From NCBI GenBank assembly GCA_963666565.1, contig OY762911.1, forward strand, positions 1,888,001-1,952,000: a stretch of DNA of 64,000 bases, written 5' to 3'. Source of the stretch: Thermoanaerobaculia bacterium (GTDB taxonomy: Bacteria > Acidobacteriota > Thermoanaerobaculia > Multivoradales > Multivoraceae). Every line of letters begins with the position of its first letter. Position 1 is the first letter of the stretch. Below the pieces are notes generated by a model. The model ran no database searches, was not told the origin of the DNA, and saw only the letters and a list, made by a program, of their open reading frames with translations. A program made the position numbers and the translations under genes. This document shows, piece by piece, positions 17,104 through 26,556 of the stretch.

Positions 17104-20100
17104 TCAGCTCAGCAGCAGGCGCAGATCGTCGGCGGTGAGATCCCGCAGGGACGATCCGCCGCCTTCGAGGATCGCGTCGGCGATCTGCCGCTTCGAGCGC
17201 TGGAGTTCCAGCATCTTCTCTTCCACGGTGTCGCGGGCGATCAGGCGGTAGGCGAAGACAGGCTGGGTCTGGCCGATGCGGTGGGTGCGGTCGATGGCCT
17301 GCGCCTCCACCGCCGGGTTCCACCACGGATCGAGCAGGAAGACGTAGCCGGCCGCGGTCAGGTTCAGGCCGACGCCGCCCGCCTTCAGGCTGATCAGGAA
17401 GAGGTTCGTGTCCGGGTCGTTCTGGAAGAGGTCCACCACCTCGCCGCGGTTCCGGGTCTGCCCGTCGAGGTAGGCGTACGGGACGCCCCGCTCTTCCAGG
17501 TGGCGCCGGACGTAGGCCAGCAGCGACGTGAACTGCGAGAACACGAGGCACTTGTGCCCCTCGGCGAGCACCTCCGACACCTGCTCGAAGAGCGATTCGA
17601 GCTTGGCGCTGCCGGCCTCGTTCCAGGACTCGTCGATCAGCCCCGGGTGGCAGGCGACCTGGCGCAGGCGGAGCAGCGCCTCCAACACCTGCATGGCCGA
17701 GCCGCCGACTCCCTTCTCTTCCACCTGCTGCAGCAGGCTGTCGCGGTAGCCGGCCCGGAGCTGGTCGTAGATCTCCTGCTGCTTCGGGTTCAGGGTGCAC
17801 TGCAGGATCTGCTCGGTCTTCTCCGGCAGGTCCGGGAGCACTTCCCGCTTGCTGCGGCGGAGGATGAAGGGCCGCAGACCCTTGGCGACGAGGGCGAGCT
17901 CCTGCTCGCTCGGCGCCCGGCCGCCGGCCAGCACGTCGAGCGCCGGCAGCCGGCCGAGCAGGCCCGGGTTGAGGAACTCGAAGATCGAGCCGAGTTCGCC
18001 CAGGTGGTTCTCGATCGGCGTACCGGTCAGCGCCAGCCGGTGCTTGCCGGTCAGCAGGCGACAGGCCTTGGCCGTCTGCGAGGCCGCGTTCTTGATCGCC
18101 TGCGCCTCGTCGAGGATGACGGTGTCGAAGTCGACCGTCGCCAGGTAGCCGATGTCGCGGCGCACGGTGCCGTAGGTCGTGACGACCAGGTCGGCGGAGG
18201 CGATGTCGCCGCGCAGGTCCTCGCGGTCCCGGCCGGCGTACTCCAGCACCTTGAGGTCCGGCGTGAAGCGGGCGGCCTCGTCGATCCAGTTGTAGACGAG
18301 GCTGCGCGGCGCGACGACGAGGTAGGGCAGCTTCGTCGTCCGCGAGGCGGTGCGGTACATGCGGAGCAGCGCCAGGGCCTGGATCGTCTTGCCCAGCCCC
18401 ATGTCGTCGGCGAGCACGCCGCCGAGGCCGAACTCGCGCAGGAAGCACAGCCAGCCCAGGCCGAGCCGCTGGTAGGCGCGGAGCGCGCCGACGAAGCTGC
18501 GCGGCTCCTTCTTCGGCTTGATCGAGGAGAACGTGCTCAGCTTCTCGCGCAGCTCGGCGAAGGTCTTGCTGACGTTCACCGGCGGCGTCACCGCCAGCAG
18601 CGCGTCGACCAGCAGGGCCTGCGAGGGCAGGAAGCGGAGCCCCTCCTCGCTCGCGGCCTGCGCCAGTTGGCTGAGCGAGCCGTAGTTCTCCACCCAGGCC
18701 GCCGGCAGCAGGCCCTTCGAGCCGTCGTCCAGCTCGACCGAACGGCGGCCTTCCGAGATCGCCGACAGGATCTCCGAGAACTCGATGCGGTCCTCGCCGA
18801 AGTCGATCTGGCCGCTCAGCTCGAACCAGTCGACGCCGCTCTCGATGCGCAGCGCCGGCGGGCTGGGGGGCCGAATCGAAGCGCCGTGGGCCTGTACCTC
18901 CCAGCCCTCGGCGAGCAGCGGTTCGGCGACCGCCGGCAGGTCGCGCGGTTCCAGTTCCAGACCGTGGCCGGTCTTGGACGCGACCGGCTTCAGGCCGAGC
19001 TCGAGCAGGCGGACGAGCGCCGCCTGCTCGACCTCCAGGTCGCGCCGGACGAAGCGGTGCTCCTCCCAGTCGACCACCGCCGAACGCGGGTCGCCGGCGT
19101 CGACGGTCAGGCTGTCGTAGCCGAAGCTGAGCCGGGCCTCGAGCTGGGGGTTCATCCACTCCGGCGCGTCCTCCGGCTCCAACGCCAGGCGCGGCTGCGG
19201 CGCCGGGGACTCCTCCGAGAGGTAGACCTCTTCCGGCAGCTCCAGCGGCGGCAGGGCGGGCAGTTCCAGCAGGCTCGTCACCGCCGCTTCCAGGTCCTCG
19301 TCCGGGATGACCAGGTCGCCGCTGGCGCCGAGCAGGGAGTACCAGGGCTGGTCGCGCCTCGGCTCGAGGTGGAGCCGGCAGATCGAGTCGTCGAGCAGCA
19401 GCAGCGTGTTGCCGGTCTCCTCCGCGCGGGCGCCGGGCGCGACGCCGTTGCCGGCCGGGAACGGCAGCACGAGGGCCGCGCGGCTGAGCGGCGCCGTCTC
19501 GTCGCCGCGCTTGAGCAGACCGCGGAGCCGGACGCGGCTTGCCGCCGCGAGCTCCAGTTGCAGCGTGAGACGCCAGGGAGCGCCTTCGTCGAAGGTCACC
19601 GGTTGCTGTCCGGCCAGGGAGCGGCCGTCCCACCAGAAGAGGCGGCCGCTTGCGCTGAGGCGCGGCAGCAGGCGATCGACCCAGTTCAGCGGCACGAAGA
19701 CCCGCTGGATTCGGGGTCGCGCCGGCGGGCGGCCGCGGCCGGCCTTGCGCTTGCGCCCCTGGCGTTGCGGCGCCTCCGGCGGCAGCGCGGTGATCATCGC
19801 CGGCGTCGCCGCCGCGGACGCGCCGTTCGTCGACGGGTCGCCGGCGTCGAGGGACTCCGGACCGAGCAGTTCCTCCAGCTTCGCGTGGTCGAGGTTGAGC
19901 CGCTTCATCTTGCCGAACTCGCCCTGCGGATTCCGCCTGCGGCCGAAGATGTCGATCATCAGGCCGCCGGCGTTGCGGCTCGTCGCGGCGTTGATGAGCA
20001 GCCGGATCTCGGGTTCGCCGTGCCTTGCCGAAACCGGCTTCGCGGGCTGGTCCTGCTGCTCGATGTTCTCGAGGACCGAGTCGACGACCGAGCGCCAGCT

Positions 20101-20745
20101 CGTCGTCGTGGGGGCTCGCCGCCGGCGCCGGCTGCGGCCCCGGCGCGTGCGCCTGGAGGGGCGGGGGGCCTCGCTCGCGGCGGTCGCCGCCGGCTCGACC
20201 GCGTCCAGCGCCGATCCCGGCATGGACACCTGGGGCGGACGAGTCTTGCGCAGCGAGACGCGGCCGGAGCCGGCCGGCTGGCTGCCCTTCGCGCTTGCCG
20301 CGAGCTCCAGCAGCGAGGCCCAGATGTGCCCGCACGCCGTGCCGGCGACGAACTCCGGACACTCGCACACCGCGTGCAAGATGCGTTCGTCGGGCACTCT
20401 CGACCAGTCGATCTCCACGGTGGCGGCGCCGTTCGTCGACGGATCCGCCGGGGCGTCGCCGTCGGTGGCCGGCAGCGCCGGAACGGTGGCCCGGGCCGTC
20501 GTCCCGTCGACTTCCAGCTTCACGGCGCCGGCCGCGAAGACGGACTGGCCCAGTTCCCGATCCTTCGGACGAAAGTGGGACGCGCTCCGCTGGTGCAGCG
20601 CGACCGTGCGGCCCTTGCCCGCGGCCGAGCGCGGGCGGTTCCGCCGCCGACGGCGGGCCGGCCGCCTGGGGATGGCAGTTTTCCCGGTGGGGTTTTCGCC
20701 TTGCGCTTCTGGCATTCCGATGGGGTATCGACCCGTTGAGTTCAC
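17104..20745 (-). CDS. SWIM zinc finger + SNF2-family (DEAD/DEAH-like) helicase (start may be ATG 20715)
   Basis: CECPEFVAGTACGH (SWIM); LRAYQRLG, LADDMGLGKT, ILDEAQAIKN, LTGTPIEN, LVFSQF, LKAGGVGLNLT, DPWWNPAVEAQAIDRTHRIGQ. Confidence 0.95.
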   Translation of the reverse strand: MNSTGRYPIGMPEAQGENPTGKTAIPRRPARRRRRNRPRSAAGKGRTVALHQRSASHFRPKDRELGQSVFAAGAVKLEVDGTTARATVPALPATDGDAPADPSTNGAATVEIDWSRVPDERILHAVCECPEFVAGTACGHIWASLLELAASAKGSQPAGSGRVSLRKTRPPQVSMPGSALDAVEPAATAASEAPRPSRRTRRGRSRRRRRAPTTTSWRSVVDSVLENIEQQDQPAKPVSARHGEPEIRLLINAATSRNAGGLMIDIFGRRRNPQGEFGKMKRLNLDHAKLEELLGPESLDAGDPSTNGASAAATPAMITALPPEAPQRQGRKRKAGRGRPPARPRIQRVFVPLNWVDRLLPRLSASGRLFWWDGRSLAGQQPVTFDEGAPWRLTLQLELAAASRVRLRGLLKRGDETAPLSRAALVLPFPAGNGVAPGARAEETGNTLLLLDDSICRLHLEPRRDQPWYSLLGASGDLVIPDEDLEAAVTSLLELPALPPLELPEEVYLSEESPAPQPRLALEPEDAPEWMNPQLEARLSFGYDSLTVDAGDPRSAVVDWEEHRFVRRDLEVEQAALVRLLELGLKPVASKTGHGLELEPRDLPAVAEPLLAEGWEVQAHGASIRPPSPPALRIESGVDWFELSGQIDFGEDRIEFSEILSAISEGRRSVELDDGSKGLLPAAWVENYGSLSQLAQAASEEGLRFLPSQALLVDALLAVTPPVNVSKTFAELREKLSTFSSIKPKKEPRSFVGALRAYQRLGLGWLCFLREFGLGGVLADDMGLGKTIQALALLRMYRTASRTTKLPYLVVAPRSLVYNWIDEAARFTPDLKVLEYAGRDREDLRGDIASADLVVTTYGTVRRDIGYLATVDFDTVILDEAQAIKNAASQTAKACRLLTGKHRLALTGTPIENHLGELGSIFEFLNPGLLGRLPALDVLAGGRAPSEQELALVAKGLRPFILRRSKREVLPDLPEKTEQILQCTLNPKQQEIYDQLRAGYRDSLLQQVEEKGVGGSAMQVLEALLRLRQVACHPGLIDESWNEAGSAKLESLFEQVSEVLAEGHKCLVFSQFTSLLAYVRRHLEERGVPYAYLDGQTRNRGEVVDLFQNDPDTNLFLISLKAGGVGLNLTAAGYVFLLDPWWNPAVEAQAIDRTHRIGQTQPVFAYRLIARDTVEEKMLELQRSKRQIADAILEGGGSSLRDLTADDLRLLLS

Positions 20746-20934
20746 TGCGCCGCCGGCTGGCAGTTCGGTTCCTCCCGGAGGACGGATCGACGTGGTTGAC
20801 GTCTCGGGAGCTGAGCCGCGGCCGCTCTGGGCATCTGCTGGCGACAGCCGGGATGGGCGGTCCCCTGCGTCGCGGCGCCGTGAAAGCCCGGCGATTGTAG
20901 CCCAAACCCGTCACGACGCCAAGTTCCCGCGGCA

Positions 20935-21053
20935 CTGGGTGCGCGGGTCTTCCGACCCGCATCCGGCGGCCTTTGGCCGGCGGTCCTGTCGTCCGGGCTG
21001 CGCCGCTTGCGCGGCTCTGTCCGGGATGCGGGTCGGAAGACCCGCGCACCCAG
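20935..21053. repeat. Inverted pair of REP-like elements (REPIN/MITE-like, 119 bp)
   Basis: CTGGGTGCGCGGGTCTTCCGACCCGCATCC ... GGATGCGGGTCGGAAGACCCGCGCACCCAG, perfect ~30-bp arms. Confidence 0.85.
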
Positions 21054-21068
21054 CGGCACCCAGCGGCG

Positions 21069-23318
21069 CTACGCTCTTGCGTAGTAGCGGCTGTAGTCGC
21101 GGCGGTAGTACTGCGAGTAGTAGTACGGATGGGCGTTGAGGCTCACCTTGTTCAGCACGACGCCGACGACCCGCGCGCCGTCCGCCGTCAGCCGCTCGAG
21201 CGCGGCGGCGGCGGTGCGCCGGTGCGTCGACTCGGCGTCGGCGACGAACAGCACGTGGTTCACGGCGTGGCCCACGATGATCGCGTCGGGGATCGGCAGC
21301 ACCGGCGGCGTGTCCAGGACGATCCAGTCGTAGTGCTCGCGCTGCGAGGCAAGGAAGGCCTGGAAGCGCTGGGACGCGATGAGCTCGGTCGCGTTGGGGG
21401 ACCTCTTGCCCGCCGGCAGCACGGAGAGTCGCGGCTCGATCTTCCGGATCGCCTGTTCGAGGTTCGCTTGCCCGGCCATGATGTCGGTCAAGCCGGGCTC
21501 CAGTTCCTGCTTCCAGCACTTGTGCTGCGTGGCCCGTCTGCTGTCGGCGTCGATCAGCAGGGTGAACTGGCCCGACTGGGCGATGGCGGAGGCCAGATTG
21601 CACGCCAGGACGCTCTTGCCGTCGCCCGGCTCGGCGCTCGTGACCGCGACCGACCGGCAGCCTTCCTCCGCCGAGGAGAAGAAGAGGCTGGTGCGGATCG
21701 TCCTGATGGCCGCCGCGAAGTTGTCGGGCACGTCCGGCCCGACCTGGAGCAACTCGTCCTCGTCGTCCGAGTCGACCTTGGGGACCATGCCGAGGTACGG
21801 CTGGCCGAGCCCCGTCTTGATGTCGTCCGGCGTCTTCAGGCGGTCGTCCAGATGCTCCACGAAGAAGATCAGCCCGAGGGCGAGAAAGGCGCCGCCGAAG
21901 AACCCGAACAGCATCGTCCGCACCGGCCGCGGCCTGAAGGGCCGCAGCGGCACCTCCGCGGCGTCGACGATCCGGATCGTGCTGGTCTGCAGTTCGCCGG
22001 TGACGCTCGTCTCGTCCGCGCGCTGCAACAGCGAGTCGTAGATGCGGCGCACGCTCTCGGCCTCGCGCACCAGCACCCCGTACTCGATGCCCTGGCGGTC
22101 GAGCGCGAGCGCCGCCTGCGTCCGGCGGTCGAGTTCCGAGCGCAACTGCTCCTCCTCGTTGCGCGCGACCTCGTACTCCGTCCGCACCGAGTCGACGACC
22201 TTGTCGACCTCCGCCCGCAACCGGAGTTCCGCGTCCTCCACGTCGGCCCGGACGGCGATCAGGTCGGGATGAAGGTCGCCGAGCTCGCCGGCCAGCCGGG
22301 TCGCCTCCCGCTGAAGCTCCACGACGCGCGCCTTCTGCTGCTGGATGAAGGCGTTGCCGAGGATCTCCGGGAACCGGTCGAGGGCCCGCGGATCGTCCTG
22401 CGCGGACTCGATCTCGCGGTAGCGGGACTCGCGGGCGATGCGCACGGCCGCCGCCCGCGTGACGGCGCCGTTCAGGTCCGCCAGCTCCTGCGCCATGATG
22501 CTCTGGCGGTCGTTCAGCGTGACCGCGCCCTGCGTTTCCCGGTAGTTCTGGAGCGCGATCTGCGACGCTTCGACCTCCCTGCGCTGCTCCTCGATCCGCT
22601 GCTCCAGCCAGGCCGAAGCCTCCCTTGAAGACGCCTGCCGGAATCGCAGATCCTGGTCGATGTACTCCTGCGCCAGGGTGTTGGCGACCTCCGCGGTCAG
22701 GGCCGGAACCGCGGACTCGAACCGGACGTCGACGATGCGGCTGTCGCGCACGGGGACGACGTCGAGCCGGGCCATGAACCGGTTGATGGCCGCCGACTCG
22801 CCGCGGGTTTCGGGAGTCCCGCCCCGCTGCTCGGCGGGCCGCTGCCGCGGCACGAGCCTGAGCGGCGCCGTCGCGTAGCGGAGGACCAGGGACACCGGGT
22901 CGAACCGCTCCTCCTCCATGAACTCGGCACGATCCCAAAGCCCCAGCCGGTCCATCGTCGCCCGGGCCAGGGCGCGACTGCGGAGAATCTCGTACTGGGT
23001 CCGGTAGAACTCGGACCGGAACGACCGGGTACTCTCCGTGATGACCTCTTCGAAGTTGACGACGTTCGGTGCGTCCCTCTCGATCTGGAGACGCGCCGAC
23101 GCCTGGTAGATCGGCGTCGGCGTCACGGCGAAGAGGAACGCGGTCGCGACGACCAGCACGAAGGCGGTGCCGCCGAGCCAGCGCCGCCGGTAGAGGATGC
23201 GGAGGTAGTCGCCCAGGCGCCGTTCGTCGGACTGGTACGCCCACGCCTGACGGTAGCCGCCGTCTTCGCCCGCGCCCGTCGCGGGCATGCCGCCGGGATC
23301 CGGCCCGTACTCCGCCAT
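21069..23318 (-). CDS. wzc: Polysaccharide co-polymerase / BY tyrosine autokinase
   Basis: Wzz-type N-terminus (DYLRILYRRRW...TPIYQASARL), SAEPGDGKS, LLIDADSRR, IVLDTPP, C-terminal Tyr cluster YYYSQYYRRDYSRYY. ATG 23318 overlaps the wza stop. Confidence 0.95.
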   Translation of the reverse strand: MAEYGPDPGGMPATGAGEDGGYRQAWAYQSDERRLGDYLRILYRRRWLGGTAFVLVVATAFLFAVTPTPIYQASARLQIERDAPNVVNFEEVITESTRSFRSEFYRTQYEILRSRALARATMDRLGLWDRAEFMEEERFDPVSLVLRYATAPLRLVPRQRPAEQRGGTPETRGESAAINRFMARLDVVPVRDSRIVDVRFESAVPALTAEVANTLAQEYIDQDLRFRQASSREASAWLEQRIEEQRREVEASQIALQNYRETQGAVTLNDRQSIMAQELADLNGAVTRAAAVRIARESRYREIESAQDDPRALDRFPEILGNAFIQQQKARVVELQREATRLAGELGDLHPDLIAVRADVEDAELRLRAEVDKVVDSVRTEYEVARNEEEQLRSELDRRTQAALALDRQGIEYGVLVREAESVRRIYDSLLQRADETSVTGELQTSTIRIVDAAEVPLRPFRPRPVRTMLFGFFGGAFLALGLIFFVEHLDDRLKTPDDIKTGLGQPYLGMVPKVDSDDEDELLQVGPDVPDNFAAAIRTIRTSLFFSSAEEGCRSVAVTSAEPGDGKSVLACNLASAIAQSGQFTLLIDADSRRATQHKCWKQELEPGLTDIMAGQANLEQAIRKIEPRLSVLPAGKRSPNATELIASQRFQAFLASQREHYDWIVLDTPPVLPIPDAIIVGHAVNHVLFVADAESTHRRTAAAALERLTADGARVVGVVLNKVSLNAHPYYYSQYYRRDYSRYYARA

Positions 23319-24187
23319 CAGAACAACCTCTCCGGAATACGGACGATGTCGTCGGGTTGCACCGGGTCGTCGAGCTTCACCTTGATCTCCTTCTGCTCGC
23401 CGTTCACGACGCGGAGGATGCGGACGCGATTCAGCGCGGCGTACTCCGTCGTTCCGCCGGCGAGCGACAACACCTGCAGCACGACGGTGTCGTGCCGGAT
23501 GGGATAGCGCCCGGGGTTGCGAACCTCGCCGAAGACGTACACGACGTCGGCTTCGGGCACGAAGACGGTGTCGCCGTCGCGGAGGACGACGTTCTGCGAA
23601 AGGTCGCCGGTCCCCAGGGCGTCGAGATCGATCTCCAGGCTGTCGGCGACCGCGTCGTCGCCCGGCAGCGCCGGCTCGTCCCGGCCGTTTCCGCTCCGAA
23701 CGAGCACGGCCGTTCCGGAAGCCGTCGGGGTCGCCCCGCCCCCGAAGGCCAGCAGCTCGACGAGACGCATCTCTCCGCTCAGCGGGTAGGCGCCTGGCCG
23801 CCGGACCTCGCCGACGATGAAGACCCGCTGGCTGTTGTACTCCTCGACCGAGACGGTCACCCGCGGGTTGCGGAAGTAGCCGTCCGAAAGGCGGGCCACC
23901 AGCGCTTCCTCGAAGGCGCGCACGGTCGATCCGCCAGCGCCGATCCGGCCGATCAGCGGAAACGACAGGGACCCGTCCAGTTCGACCGTGTAGCTGCCGC
24001 CGAGGCTCGGTTGGTCGAACACATCGATCCGCAACGTGTCCTGCGGGCCGATGATGTAGTTGCCGTCGTCCGGCGAGGCGGCCTCGAGGCTCGCGGCGCC
24101 GGACCACGCCAGGCAGACGGCGGCGGCCGCCGCCGTCCAGACGGAAGGTATGCGCGTCGCGGCCCGGCCGCGGCTCTTGCTCTGCAT
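23318..24187 (-). CDS. wza: Polysaccharide export (OPX/Wza-like) protein with SLBB domains
   Basis: YIIGPQDTLRIDVF, DGSLSFPLIGRI, VFIVGEVRRPGAY, VQPDDIVRIPERLF. Short OPX type without a C-terminal OM helix. Confidence 0.9.
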   Translation of the reverse strand: MQSKSRGRAATRIPSVWTAAAAAVCLAWSGAASLEAASPDDGNYIIGPQDTLRIDVFDQPSLGGSYTVELDGSLSFPLIGRIGAGGSTVRAFEEALVARLSDGYFRNPRVTVSVEEYNSQRVFIVGEVRRPGAYPLSGEMRLVELLAFGGGATPTASGTAVLVRSGNGRDEPALPGDDAVADSLEIDLDALGTGDLSQNVVLRDGDTVFVPEADVVYVFGEVRNPGRYPIRHDTVVLQVLSLAGGTTEYAALNRVRILRVVNGEQKEIKVKLDDPVQPDDIVRIPERLF

Positions 24188-24309
24188 GAATGTCCCCTGG
24201 AGCCGCCGACGATGGCGGCCTCCGAATCTGGACCCGTTCCGGACGGAGAGCGAGTCTACCGGCCCGGACGTGGATCCGGCGTTGCGTTGGAAGGTCAATC
24301 TGGCGAGCC

Positions 24310-26556
24310 TCATGTTCCGTACTCGAACACGATCCCCGCCTGCAGGGCGTCGAAGCCCCGAAGCGTCGTCGACGACCGTCTCACGTCGCCGACTCGCAGA
24401 CCGATCCGGACCGACTCGTTCAGACGGTAGCCGAACGTGAGGGAGTGCTGCAGGACGACGTCCCGGCGATTCCCGGCGCCGACATAGTCGTACTCGTCCC
24501 GGGCGGCGCGGGCGCTCAGGTCGAACGGTCCGCTGCCGAGCCGCCGCCGCGCTTCCAGGCCGTACCGGGCGACGACGTAGTAGTGGTGGCGGGGACTGAA
24601 CGAGTACTCGATGTCCCGCATCGCCTCGACGGTCGCCCTCACGTCCGCGGGCAGGGAGAACCCCAGTTCCCCGCGGACCACGACCTCCGTCTCGTCGCTC
24701 ACCGCCGCGCCCAGCGCCTCGAACTGCCGCACCCCGACCTCGAAGGCGCCCGCGATGGCCGCCCGCGGCTCGAACTCGGCGCCGAGCGTCACGATGACGT
24801 TGTCGCTGTCCCGCTCGGGAGACAGGTCGAATCGCATGCGGCGGGACTCGCCCGCGAGCACGAGGGTGGAGAGCGGCGTGCGCCGCCAGCGAAAGGCCGC
24901 CCGGGCCGCGCGCTCCTCCCGGTCGAGCGTCTCGGCGAGCCGCGTTCCCTCGAAGAACTCGTCGCCGTCGAACGTCACGGTGTCCCGCGCGACCTCCAGA
25001 TCGAGCGCCAGCTTCGGCCCCAGGCCGACGCGGACGCCGCCGTTCTCCCGCGTTTCGACGCGGCGCGCCCTGAGGTCGATGTCGAACGAGGGCCGCTGGC
25101 GCGTGTCGAGCCAGCGGCCCCCCGCGAAGAAGGTCAGCGGGCCCGCCGCCAGGTCGAGGCGCGCGCTCGCGTCGGGATTGACCGAACGCTCCCCTTCGAA
25201 CTTGTGAAACCACTCGCCGCGCGCCGCCACGGTCGTCGTCAGCAGCGCCCGGCGACGGAACGGGACCCACACATCGACCGCGGGGGTCCCCGCGACCACG
25301 TAGTCCTCCTCCGGGTCGGCCGTGTTGAAGACGTTCGTGTCGATGCCCAGCCGGTCGAGCGTGAAGCGCGGCGTCAGATAGACGGACCCGAACTGCATCC
25401 GCGCCTCCGAGCGGTAGCTCTCGTCGAGCCGGTTCGTCTGGGCCCTCGCGGTTCCCGGGGACGAAGCGAGCAGCGCCAGCAGTGCCGGGAGGAGAAGGGG
25501 GATCGTCGCGGTGCGGCTGCCCCGCCAGCTTCCGCGGCGCCAGAGCGCGACCGCGAGGAGCTGGCCGGGCAGGACGGCCGCGGCGAGAACGACGCTGCCG
25601 GACACGACCGTGACGACCGCCAGCGCGCACGCGCCAGCCGTGAAGGCGAACAACTTCAGCACGGCGGCGCGTTCGCCGGCCACGGCCGCGAGCAGATAGT
25701 GCAGGTGCCGGCGGTCCGCCCGCACGACGCTCCGCATCCGGTCGACCGGACGGCGCCTCGGCGGCGCCGTGAAGCGGGCGGCCGCGACGAGCAGCGTGTC
25801 GAAGATCGGCATCCCGAGCATGACGAAGGGGGCCAGCGCCCCCGTCGCGGTGCTCGCCCCGTCCGCCAGGTTCAGCGCCAGCCACGCCAGCACGAAGCCG
25901 ATCAGCAGGGCGCCGTTGTCGCCGAGGAAAATCCGGGCCGGTCGCCAGTTCCACCGCAGAAAGCCCGCGCAGGCCGCGAACAGCGCGGCCGCGACGCCGG
26001 TCGACGCCGCGTCGCCCTGGAGGATGCCGAGCACGGCGAAGCCGCCGGCGACGATGCACGCCACGCCCGTGGCGAGACCGTCCAGACCGTCCAGGAGGTT
26101 CATCGCGTTCGTCATGCCGATCAGCCAGATCACCGCCAGGATCGAACCGGCCAGCGGCGAGATCTCCACCGGACCGAGGCGGTCGACCGGCTGGAGGGCG
26201 ACGACCAGGCCGGCGGCCGCGCCCTGCGCCGCCACCCGGTACAGGACCCGGCAGCCGCTCAGGTCCTCGAGCAGTCCGACCGCGAAGACGGCGGCGGCGG
26301 CGACGCAGAGGCTCACGATGCGGATGTCCGCCCCGTCGAACCTGCCCAGCAGGAGCGCGGCGAAGCAACCGGCGGCCAGGCCGGCGGCGACCAGGATTCC
26401 GCCGGTCAGGGGCACGGAAGCCCGGTGGCGCTTGCGGTCGCCGGGTTCGTCCAGCCAGCCCAGGCGTCTGCCCAGCCGGGCGGCGACCGGCCCGCCGGCG
26501 AGGCAAACCGCCCCGGCCAGGAGCGCGGAGATCCCTCCGATCAGGAGGCCAGGCAC
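24310..26556 (-). CDS. In-frame fusion: MraY/WecA-like polyprenyl-phosphate GlcNAc-1-P transferase + outer-membrane beta-barrel
   Basis: GTG 26556 with RBS GGGAGG. RKRHRASVPLTGG, NAMNLLDGLDGLA, IFLGDNG, ADRRHLHY, then a signal-like PLLLPALLALLASSPGTARA|Q and an amphipathic beta-strand domain (GIDTNVFN...GIVFEY) with no stop between. Confidence 0.8.
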   Translation of the reverse strand: MPGLLIGGISALLAGAVCLAGGPVAARLGRRLGWLDEPGDRKRHRASVPLTGGILVAAGLAAGCFAALLLGRFDGADIRIVSLCVAAAAVFAVGLLEDLSGCRVLYRVAAQGAAAGLVVALQPVDRLGPVEISPLAGSILAVIWLIGMTNAMNLLDGLDGLATGVACIVAGGFAVLGILQGDAASTGVAAALFAACAGFLRWNWRPARIFLGDNGALLIGFVLAWLALNLADGASTATGALAPFVMLGMPIFDTLLVAAARFTAPPRRRPVDRMRSVVRADRRHLHYLLAAVAGERAAVLKLFAFTAGACALAVVTVVSGSVVLAAAVLPGQLLAVALWRRGSWRGSRTATIPLLLPALLALLASSPGTARAQTNRLDESYRSEARMQFGSVYLTPRFTLDRLGIDTNVFNTADPEEDYVVAGTPAVDVWVPFRRRALLTTTVAARGEWFHKFEGERSVNPDASARLDLAAGPLTFFAGGRWLDTRQRPSFDIDLRARRVETRENGGVRVGLGPKLALDLEVARDTVTFDGDEFFEGTRLAETLDREERAARAAFRWRRTPLSTLVLAGESRRMRFDLSPERDSDNVIVTLGAEFEPRAAIAGAFEVGVRQFEALGAAVSDETEVVVRGELGFSLPADVRATVEAMRDIEYSFSPRHHYYVVARYGLEARRRLGSGPFDLSARAARDEYDYVGAGNRRDVVLQHSLTFGYRLNESVRIGLRVGDVRRSSTTLRGFDALQAGIVFEYGT

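Noticed and set aside
17104-20745. SNF2 helicase as part of a defence system or the peptide cluster
   Set aside because: Ordinary stand-alone SWIM-SNF2 architecture with no defence partners, separated from the cluster by a REP copy and a strong hairpin.
16882-21049. Long ORFs 16882-20739 (+) and 17048-21049 (-)
   Set aside because: Antisense or alternative-frame shadows of the SNF2 gene caused by high GC; Arg/Pro/Gly-rich with no motifs.
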